From positions 20,280-84,279 of the forward strand of contig JBLKOK010000002.1 of assembly GCA_047602735.1 (NCBI GenBank): a stretch of DNA of 64,000 nucleotides, given 5' to 3'. Below, piece after piece: positions 20,647-27,468 of this stretch. Source of the stretch: Candidatus Woesearchaeota archaeon. Lineage in GTDB: Archaea; Nanobdellota; Nanobdellia; Woesearchaeales; 21-14-0-10-32-9. A program made the translations under genes and the position numbers. Numbering within the stretch: position 1 is the first letter of the stretch; every line of letters begins with the position of its first letter. The notes under the pieces are model-generated. The model had not been told where the DNA came from. It saw nothing but the letters and a program-made list of their open reading frames with translations, and ran no database searches.

Positions 20647-21291
20647 CTATATTTGTTCTGCAAAGAATGTTAATAACGCTCCTGCAACTCCTGGTTGTGC
20701 GTCATCAGGAATTACTATTTGTATATGGGTTTCAAAGCTATTTGCTCCCCCTACAGATGCAGTTGTTAAATTGCCACAAACAAGATATTCTTCATTTGGA
20801 TTGATAAATTCTGTATAACTAGGTACTAGTCCAGTCCCACAACCACCACTATTTGGAGCAGAACCCAAATTAACAGTCCTGTATAGTAATGAAGATGTAC
20901 CATCAGTAGTATTTAAAAATTCACCACCTTGTGTTGCTCCAACAGTATCTGATCTAATAGTTACGTTAACGTCAACATTACCATTATTTCTAACAAAAAT
21001 ACCTCTATCTGTGTATGCTCCACATGCAGCAGTTGTATCTTCTGATCCTTCACTGTTAATGGTTGTTGTTGAATCTGTTAAAGGAGTACAAGTTCCAAAA
21101 TCAATTAAATCATTATCTTGTGTTGTAATAGATACAGATTCATTAATTTGTAAATCTATGGTGCCTGTTTGTGTTACTAATCCTGTCGTTGACACTTGTT
21201 CTAATTTATTAAGACTTAATATTGTTCCTCCTAATGAAACAACTATTGCTCCTAATAAAAACAGTGCAAGTGTTTTGTTTGAAATATCCAT
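20647..21291 (-). CDS. Secreted single-domain protein, possible filament subunit
   Basis: Strong SD (GGAGGT), N-terminal hydrophobic helix, IDFG...VRNNGN...IVIP, ends LTFFAEQI. Confidence 0.7.
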   Translation of the reverse strand: MDISNKTLALFLLGAIVVSLGGTILSLNKLEQVSTTGLVTQTGTIDLQINESVSITTQDNDLIDFGTCTPLTDSTTTINSEGSEDTTAACGAYTDRGIFVRNNGNVDVNVTIRSDTVGATQGGEFLNTTDGTSSLLYRTVNLGSAPNSGGCGTGLVPSYTEFINPNEEYLVCGNLTTASVGGANSFETHIQIVIPDDAQPGVAGALLTFFAEQI

Positions 21292-21324
21292 TTTTTTGTT
21301 TTACCTCCTAAAAAAAGTTTTTTT

Positions 21325-21552
21325 TTATCTTATTATAGTTATTGCCATAGTTCCTGAACTATCCGCAACTAACGGAACTCTAGCGTTAGATCCCACTCTT
21401 AGTTGTACTGTACCTGTTGCTTTTGCTTCCTCAACCAAGTTTGTTTCTGCTTTACTAACTTCAGTATATACAGTAAATGTTCCAAGTAGTGAAACTACAA
21501 CTGTTAATACAACTAAAGTCATAATTGTTTGTCTTGATATATCTTTTGCCAT
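21325..21552 (-). CDS. Small membrane-anchored protein
   Basis: N-terminus DISRQT...VVSLLGT parallels DISNKT...VVSLGGT of the downstream gene. Confidence 0.7.
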   Translation of the reverse strand: MAKDISRQTIMTLVVLTVVVSLLGTFTVYTEVSKAETNLVEEAKATGTVQLRVGSNARVPLVADSSGTMAITIIR

Positions 21553-21622
21553 TTTTTATGTTCAGTTCGAATTTTTAATCCTAATATAGCTATTTAAAGT
21601 TTTCTATTAATTAGTAGTGTTT

Positions 21623-23122
21623 TTAATTTGTTATTATGCCCTCAAAGTTATTAATATGAACAAGACCGTATCTTGCACTTCCAGTATCTCTGTTTGGAAG
21701 GTTTCCTAATATCAAGTACGCATTTTCAGGTATTTCTCTGTTGTAATCCCGTTCATATAGTCTTAGTAATGTTTGTGCCCTACTACTAATTACGTATTCT
21801 TGACCTTGATTATTTAGTAGTACTTGATTATTTATGTATATCCTATTGTTTTCAACTCTAAATGAATCACCAGGTATTCCTTTTATTATTTTAAACACAG
21901 TTCCTTCTCTTATATGATTAAATGCTATAATATCATTTCTTTGAGGAACGTTTTGAGAATAGTAGTTTTCTACTATAGTAACTATTTGTGACTGAGATAA
22001 TACCCCTTCTAATTCATCATTTGGAATCATAGCTGTTCTTGTTGAAAATGAATCAGGATTTATTTGTTGAATTTGCATTTGTTGTACTGGCTCTTCAACG
22101 ATTTCTTCTTGATCTGGTTGAACTACTACTTGTTCTTCAACAATTTCTTCTTCAACTTCTTGATCTAAATCAAACACATCATCCACAACAACATCTTCAT
22201 CAACAGGCAAACCAACAACCTCTTCAACAATTTCTTCTTCAACTTCTTGATCTAAATCAAACACATCATCCACAACAACATCTTCATCAACAGGCAAACC
22301 AACAACCTCTTCAACAATTTCTTCTTCAACTTCTTGATCTAACTCAAACACATCATCCTCAACAGCATCTTCATCAACAGGCAAACCAACAACCTCTTCA
22401 GTAACATCTTCTTGAGTGGTTTGATTTATTAGGATTTCGATAAAAAAGTCTTCTGTTTCAAATACTACTTCATCAACTACTGCATAAATTTTACTTGACC
22501 AAACGCCTAATTTTAAAGGTGTTATTTCTAAAATGTTTTGAGTTATAGTATAACTATATCCTTGGCTTGACATAGCGTCATAAAATACTTCTTGTCCTTC
22601 AAAATAATTAGATAAATCAATCGTCAGTGTTTCATTAATAAGTAATGTAAAGTTTTGGATGTCTTTAATTTTTTCTTGTTGTTCTTGTATTATTTGATAA
22701 GTTGTTTTATATTTTATTTCTTCTAAATAAAAAATTATATCGTCGTCTATTTGAATCAGTAGCTCGGATGAATTAATACTTTCTAAATTACATGTTTGTA
22801 AACATTCTTCTGTTAAAGTTAACGATTCGTTATCTAAAACAGCACTATATATTTCTAAAACATCATTTTGAGTTTGTAAAAAAATAGCTATAGATCCATT
22901 ACCAGATATATTACCCGTTATTTTTAGTGAACTAAGATTTTCTCTTTGGAAAGAAATAGTTTCGTTTTGTTGATAAAATTCATTTACAGTTAATGTTTGT
23001 TGAGATTCATAGGTAGCAACAACTAGTCCAGTCATTGATGTGCCCACTAATGCTAAAAAATAAAGAGTCGAAACGACTCCCGCTATCAACAAAATTAACA
23101 CTAAAGAATTTTTTTCTTTCAT
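21623..23122 (-). CDS. Surface protein with acidic repeats and a C-terminal signal peptidase I (S26)-like domain
   Basis: RNDIIAF, VFKIIKGIPGD, ENAYLILGN, SARYGLV. Confidence 0.75.
   Translation of the reverse strand: MKEKNSLVLILLIAGVVSTLYFLALVGTSMTGLVVATYESQQTLTVNEFYQQNETISFQRENLSSLKITGNISGNGSIAIFLQTQNDVLEIYSAVLDNESLTLTEECLQTCNLESINSSELLIQIDDDIIFYLEEIKYKTTYQIIQEQQEKIKDIQNFTLLINETLTIDLSNYFEGQEVFYDAMSSQGYSYTITQNILEITPLKLGVWSSKIYAVVDEVVFETEDFFIEILINQTTQEDVTEEVVGLPVDEDAVEDDVFELDQEVEEEIVEEVVGLPVDEDVVVDDVFDLDQEVEEEIVEEVVGLPVDEDVVVDDVFDLDQEVEEEIVEEQVVVQPDQEEIVEEPVQQMQIQQINPDSFSTRTAMIPNDELEGVLSQSQIVTIVENYYSQNVPQRNDIIAFNHIREGTVFKIIKGIPGDSFRVENNRIYINNQVLLNNQGQEYVISSRAQTLLRLYERDYNREIPENAYLILGNLPNRDTGSARYGLVHINNFEGIITN
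22134..22400. repeat. Three tandem 87-bp in-frame repeats (29 aa, EEVVGLPVDEDVVVDDVFDLDQEVEEEIV)
   Basis: Unit starts at 22134, 22221 and 22308. Confidence 0.95.
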
Positions 23123-23125
23123 AGT

Positions 23126-23371
23126 CTATTTTTTCTTTGTTGTCTTTTTCTTTGTTGTCTTTTTCTTTTTTACAGGTGCTTTTTTCTTAGAATTTTTAGT
23201 TTCTTGCTCTTCCATACCTTTTTTTACTTCTTCTGGTATGTTTTTTATTCCTTGTTTAAATTCACTTATACTTCTACCCGTATTTCTTGCAAGTCCAGGT
23301 GCTTTTTTACCTATGAAGTAAATTATTGCAACTATTAAAAGAATCCCTATTATTTCCCATAATCCTATCAT
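23126..23371 (-). CDS. tatA: Twin-arginine translocase TatA
   Basis: MIGLWEIIGILLIVAIIYFIGKKAPGLARNTGRSISEFK. GGAGG SD supports ATG at 23371. Confidence 0.88.
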   Translation of the reverse strand: MIGLWEIIGILLIVAIIYFIGKKAPGLARNTGRSISEFKQGIKNIPEEVKKGMEEQETKNSKKKAPVKKKKTTKKKTTKKK

Positions 23372-23441
23372 GATTTTTTCCTCCAAAAATGTTTATATTA
23401 AGATATATATAAATTAATTCTTTTTAAATGTTTTGAATAAT

Positions 23442-23615
23442 CTATTCTTTTATTTTCTTTATTTCTTCTTTTACTTGCTTTGGAATTTCTTTAGCTTGTT
23501 TAAACGAATTTATTCCTTTGCCTGTTTGCCTTGCAAGTTTAGGCGCATCATTTCCAAGTAAATAAACTATTAATATTATTATTCCAAGACTTATTATTTC
23601 CCACGCTCCTATCAT
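23442..23615 (-). CDS. tatA: Second TatA/TatB-like subunit (57 aa, not in the ORF track)
   Basis: Translated by hand: MIGAWEIISLGIIILIVYLLGNDAPKLARQTGKGINSFKQAKEIPKQVKEEIKKIKE. ATGA overlap with the tatC stop. Confidence 0.85.
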   Translation of the reverse strand: MIGAWEIISLGIIILIVYLLGNDAPKLARQTGKGINSFKQAKEIPKQVKEEIKKIKE

Positions 23616-24319
23616 TTTATTAATTTTTTTTGTATTTTTGAAATTAAAATACCTATTTCAAAGCTACCGTGTATTGGTATTATCATTAAAAACATACTAA
23701 ATGGATCTGGAGGACTTATTAATGCAGATATTACTGCAACCAATATAAATATTATGCCTCTGTGATTTGTTAAATCTTCTATGTTTATTAATTCAGACTT
23801 TATAAGTATAGGTATTATTAAAACCAATTGTAAAATAAATGCCATAGTAAGCGCCATTATTATTATATATCTTACAACACTAGTTATACTCCACATAGGA
23901 TTTACTAAAATATAGTTTGTAGATAGCATAAATAACATGAATTTAGCAAATACAAGTATACCTATAATTACACCAATTATTCCAAGCATTATTGAAAAAG
24001 ATACAACCACAGTTAATTTCTTTCTGTTTTTTTGAGAAATTGCAGGTTTAACATAACCATATATTTTTGCAAAGATTATTGGCAAACCAAAAAATATTGT
24101 TAAAGAAAGTGCAATTGTTATTCTTGCAGAAAGATTTTCAAAAGGAGTTAATGCTACAACATTTGTAATATCAAGACCCATATAGTTTAATAGCCAAGGA
24201 ACAAAATATCCTGCAAGCCAAAAAAATAAAACAAATAAAATTAATAAAGGTACAAAAAGCATCAATAAAAGAAGTCTAAGCTGTGCTATATGCTCCCTTA
24301 TTGTTAGCTCTTCATCCAT
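23612..24319 (-). CDS. tatC: Twin-arginine translocase TatC (divergent)
   Basis: LTIREHIAQLR, LTPFE, KPAI, ISPPDPFSM, FEIG; about 6 TM helices; adjacent to tatA genes. Confidence 0.88.
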   Translation of the reverse strand: MDEELTIREHIAQLRLLLLMLFVPLLILFVLFFWLAGYFVPWLLNYMGLDITNVVALTPFENLSARITIALSLTIFFGLPIIFAKIYGYVKPAISQKNRKKLTVVVSFSIMLGIIGVIIGILVFAKFMLFMLSTNYILVNPMWSITSVVRYIIIMALTMAFILQLVLIIPILIKSELINIEDLTNHRGIIFILVAVISALISPPDPFSMFLMIIPIHGSFEIGILISKIQKKLIK

Positions 24320-24339
24320 TTAATAAAAGACAAAAAAAA

Positions 24340-24477
24340 TTATTTTTTGCTTTGTGTTTCGTCTACCTTTTCTAATCTTTGTAATTCATTTATTAATTGA
24401 AATACATCACTATATGGTTGAGTTGCCAAATAGTTTAATAACGCTTGTAACAATTCTCTGCTTAGTTTATAATTCAT
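24340..24477 (-). CDS. Small 45-aa phage-like protein (not in the ORF track)
   Basis: MNYKLSRELLQALLNYLATQPYSDVFQLINELQRLEKVDETQSKK, preceded by a GGGGGT SD-like site. Confidence 0.7.
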   Translation of the reverse strand: MNYKLSRELLQALLNYLATQPYSDVFQLINELQRLEKVDETQSKK

Positions 24478-24528
24478 ATTTATCTACCCCCGTATGATTA
24501 AAAAAAATTAGAACTTATATATATTTTT

Positions 24529-25521
24529 TTATATAAGATCTCCTATGTATCCGATTATAGTTGCAGTTCCATTGTTTAATATACCGTAACTTTCGTTATG
24601 ACCTTGTAAAACATTAAAATTTGAAACATTCCTTTGATTTAAATCAAGATTTTGCGTAGCTCCCGTATAAGGAACATAATCATCATCCACATTTATAGTT
24701 ACAGTTCTTGAAGATTCAGAAGTAGTTATGCCTGTACCACCCTGTATTGTAAGAATTTGTCCATCTGAAACAACACTAGATCCAGTATCACCTGCTATTG
24801 TAAAAGAAGACATATCCCCGCCCCCTCCGACTAGTGAATCGACATATGCTTTTGTAGCTACATCAGAATCATCTACAGGATCAGATACATTAGATATTAT
24901 ATTATTACCCATGTTTAAAGCTCCAGACAAAACACCCCCGATAATTCTAAGGTATCTTGCATCACCCCACACCGTATCAAAACTAATCGTACCAGTATCA
25001 GTAATAGGACCACCAGTCAAACCATCACCAGTATTAATCTCCATAACAGAACCATTACTAAATGTATCTAATAATGTGTCTACGTAATCTTTTGTTGCAA
25101 CATCACTACCATCAATAGGTGTTGATACATTAGATATTATATTATTACCCATGTTTAAAGCTCCAGACAAAACACCCCCGATAATTCTAAGGTATCTTGC
25201 ATCACCCCACACCGTATCAAAACTAATCGTACCAGTATCAGTAATAGGACCACCAGTCAAACCATCACCAGTATTAATCTCCATAACAGAACCATTACCT
25301 GAACCTGCAACAGAAGAATCTACATAGTCTCTTGTTGCAGGAGAACTTCCATCTACAGGAGTTTGTACAATTACTGTACCCGTAAAATTAAAATCTCCAG
25401 AAATAGTATCCCCGTCTCTTATTATATATAGTGAATCGTGTCCAGGATCATTTTGAGCTATTGCTATTGGTAAATATAACAATACTGCCAATAAAATTAA
25501 GTGCTTATAATTTAGTTTCAT
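24529..25521 (-). CDS. Sec-secreted protein with tail-fibre-like repeats
   Basis: Signal peptide, three AT(R/K)xYVD motifs, two GDGLTGGPITDTGTI...DARYL...LSGALNMG blocks. Confidence 0.75.
   Translation of the reverse strand: MKLNYKHLILLAVLLYLPIAIAQNDPGHDSLYIIRDGDTISGDFNFTGTVIVQTPVDGSSPATRDYVDSSVAGSGNGSVMEINTGDGLTGGPITDTGTISFDTVWGDARYLRIIGGVLSGALNMGNNIISNVSTPIDGSDVATKDYVDTLLDTFSNGSVMEINTGDGLTGGPITDTGTISFDTVWGDARYLRIIGGVLSGALNMGNNIISNVSDPVDDSDVATKAYVDSLVGGGGDMSSFTIAGDTGSSVVSDGQILTIQGGTGITTSESSRTVTINVDDDYVPYTGATQNLDLNQRNVSNFNVLQGHNESYGILNNGTATIIGYIGDLI
24884..25298. repeat. 175-bp identical direct repeat with a 240-bp period
   Basis: 24884-25058 is identical to 25124-25298. Confidence 0.95.
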
Positions 25522-25594
25522 TTCTTTTTACCTAATTTAAAACATACACCTAGTAATATTTAAATTTATCCGTTGGCTTTAAGAAAGATTTATA

Positions 25595-25614
25595 TATAAC
25601 TTAAATTAGTTATA
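25595..25614. promoter_or_regulatory. Operator-like palindrome 1
   Basis: TATAACT-taaatt-AGTTATA, perfect 7-bp arms. Confidence 0.55.
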
Positions 25615-25628
25615 AAACATTTATTATA

Positions 25629-25682
25629 AATAAAAACAATAAAAACAATAAAAACAATAAAAACAATAAAAACAATAAAAAC
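25629..25682. repeat. Intergenic tandem repeat (AATAAAAAC)x6
   Basis: The C of each unit falls at 25637, 25646, 25655, 25664, 25673 and 25682. Confidence 0.95.
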
Positions 25683-25684
25683 AA

Positions 25685-25704
25685 TATAAGTTATTTAGGT
25701 TATA
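25685..25704. promoter_or_regulatory. Operator-like palindrome 2
   Basis: TATAAGT-tattta-GGTTATA has the same geometry as palindrome 1 and lies 3 bp before the HTH gene start. Confidence 0.5.
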
Positions 25705-25707
25705 ATT

Positions 25708-25905
25708 GTGTTAACGCGTAAAGAAATACAAGTTTTGGAATTTAGAAAAAAAAATATGACACAAGTAGAAATAGCTTCAAAACTAAATATTTCTCAAGCA
25801 GCAGTCTCAGGATTTGAGAGAAGCGCGTATAAAAAAATAAAGGATGCTCATAAAATAATAGAAGAGTCTGAAAGATTGGAGGTTGATATCCATGACAGAT
25901 ATTAA
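25708..25905 (+). CDS. Small HTH transcriptional regulator (Tfx/sigma70-region-4-like)
   Basis: LTRKEIQVLEFRKKNMTQVEIASKLNISQAAVSGFERSAYKKI. Confidence 0.85.
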   Translation: MLTRKEIQVLEFRKKNMTQVEIASKLNISQAAVSGFERSAYKKIKDAHKIIEESERLEVDIHDRY

Positions 25906-27466
25906 ATCCAAACTAAACCAAATTCTCGATAAGAAGGTTAATCGTAAGAAATTCTTACAAATACTAGGACTTAGTGCAGCAGCAATACCATTGCTAAGTC
26001 CAAGCGTAGCAGCTAAATTCTTCCTACGACAAAGCAACGGCAACCTAATAGACATAGACGACTTAGATCCTAACGCATCAGCGCCAGCCGGTAGTGAAGG
26101 AGAAATACAATTCAAACAAGGAACAACGCTCGGTGCGAGTAATAATTTGTATTGGAATAATACTCAAAATAGATTGGGTGTTGGCACTAATAGTCCAGAT
26201 GAAACTTTGCACGTTGTTGGAAACACCGAGGTTGATGGTGATTTCGGAGTGACTGGAGATGCAGGCGTTATTGGTTTTGTTAGAGCAGACGATGGATTCC
26301 AAGTAGACGGAACCACAGTTATAGACAGCTCAAGAAACATAGTAAACGCAGGAACAGGAACGTTCTCAGGAACAGTAACAGCAGCAACACCAAGTTCCAC
26401 AAATCATCTGACCACAAAACAATACGTAGATGACGCAATAGTAAGTGCCGGAGGAGAAGCAGTCTGGGGAGGAATAACAGGAACACTTAGCAATCAAACA
26501 GACCTTCAAAACGCACTAAATTCCAAATTGAATTTGAGTGGCGGAACAATGACTGGAACCTTAATTACTCCTGCAAGTACCACTAGTGCTTCTTCAATTA
26601 GAATACCTCACGGCTCTGCTCCAAGCAGTCCTGTTAACGGAGATTTATGGACTACTACTAGTGCGCCGTTAATAAGATTAAACGGAACTACAAGAACAAT
26701 ATATCACACAGGTAACTTAGCAACAGTAGGTCAAGCAGAAGCAGAAGCAGGAACAGCAACAACAACAAGAGCTTGGACTGCTCAAAGAGTTAGACAAGCT
26801 ATTGAGGCCATTGTTCCAGATGTTACTGACGGTACTGATTTGAGTCTTGGAGTTAGTAGCGGAAGCGAGGTTAGAATAGATAGTAGCACAGGAACTAACG
26901 TTACCTTGCCTAATGCGTCAACAAGTAATGCTGGTTTAATAACAACAGAAGCACAAACCATAGCAGGAGTAAAAACATTCAGCTCAACAATAACAGGAAG
27001 TATATCTGGAAACGCAGGCACTGCCACCAACGCCAACCGACTGGTGGTACCTGATACCAGAGGCGCCAACGACCAGCCACAGGCCAAAGCAGGCAAAAGA
27101 ATAACTGCTGACTTCAAGTTCAACACTGCAGTAGGAAGCCCTCCTGTGACTGCCAGCGGAACATACTCGCATATCATCACTGTTGCTGGGTGGAACACAA
27201 ATGAAGCCAGTGGAGGCTGGCCTACACAGCTGTCAATTGGCGCAGCAGGAATAGCATATCGTCAGGCAACATCTGCAACTGCCTGGGGCGGGTGGAATGC
27301 CACAGTGAACACTGCTGGTAACCAGACCATTGGTGGCATCAAAACTTTTAGTAACGATTTGAATGTTAATGGTAAAACTACAAGCAATAATGGTTTTGAA
27401 ACAGGAGATTTTGAAATTGTTTATAATGAAGACACCGAAAGCTTAGATTTCAACTTTATAGGATAA
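25892..27466 (+). CDS. Phage tail-fibre-like protein with Tat-type signal peptide
   Basis: GGAGGT SD before ATG 25892; VNRKKFLQILGLSAAA...VAA leader; RLGVGTNSP..LHVVG, LTTKQYVD, GTLSNQTDLQNAL, LSGGTMTG, QAEAEAGT, QTIAGVKTFS, knob-like WGGW block. Confidence 0.8.
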   Translation: MTDIKSKLNQILDKKVNRKKFLQILGLSAAAIPLLSPSVAAKFFLRQSNGNLIDIDDLDPNASAPAGSEGEIQFKQGTTLGASNNLYWNNTQNRLGVGTNSPDETLHVVGNTEVDGDFGVTGDAGVIGFVRADDGFQVDGTTVIDSSRNIVNAGTGTFSGTVTAATPSSTNHLTTKQYVDDAIVSAGGEAVWGGITGTLSNQTDLQNALNSKLNLSGGTMTGTLITPASTTSASSIRIPHGSAPSSPVNGDLWTTTSAPLIRLNGTTRTIYHTGNLATVGQAEAEAGTATTTRAWTAQRVRQAIEAIVPDVTDGTDLSLGVSSGSEVRIDSSTGTNVTLPNASTSNAGLITTEAQTIAGVKTFSSTITGSISGNAGTATNANRLVVPDTRGANDQPQAKAGKRITADFKFNTAVGSPPVTASGTYSHIITVAGWNTNEASGGWPTQLSIGAAGIAYRQATSATAWGGWNATVNTAGNQTIGGIKTFSNDLNVNGKTTSNNGFETGDFEIVYNEDTESLDFNFIG

Positions 27467-27468
27467 AA

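Noticed and set aside
24884..25298. DGR template/variable repeat pair
   Set aside because: The copies are identical with no adenine-specific mismatches, both are in-frame in one gene, and no reverse transcriptase is in the window.
25629..25682. Replication-origin iterons
   Set aside because: No cdc6/orc1 or rep gene is adjacent and I see no ORB-like G-string. A promoter-associated repeat is the simpler reading.
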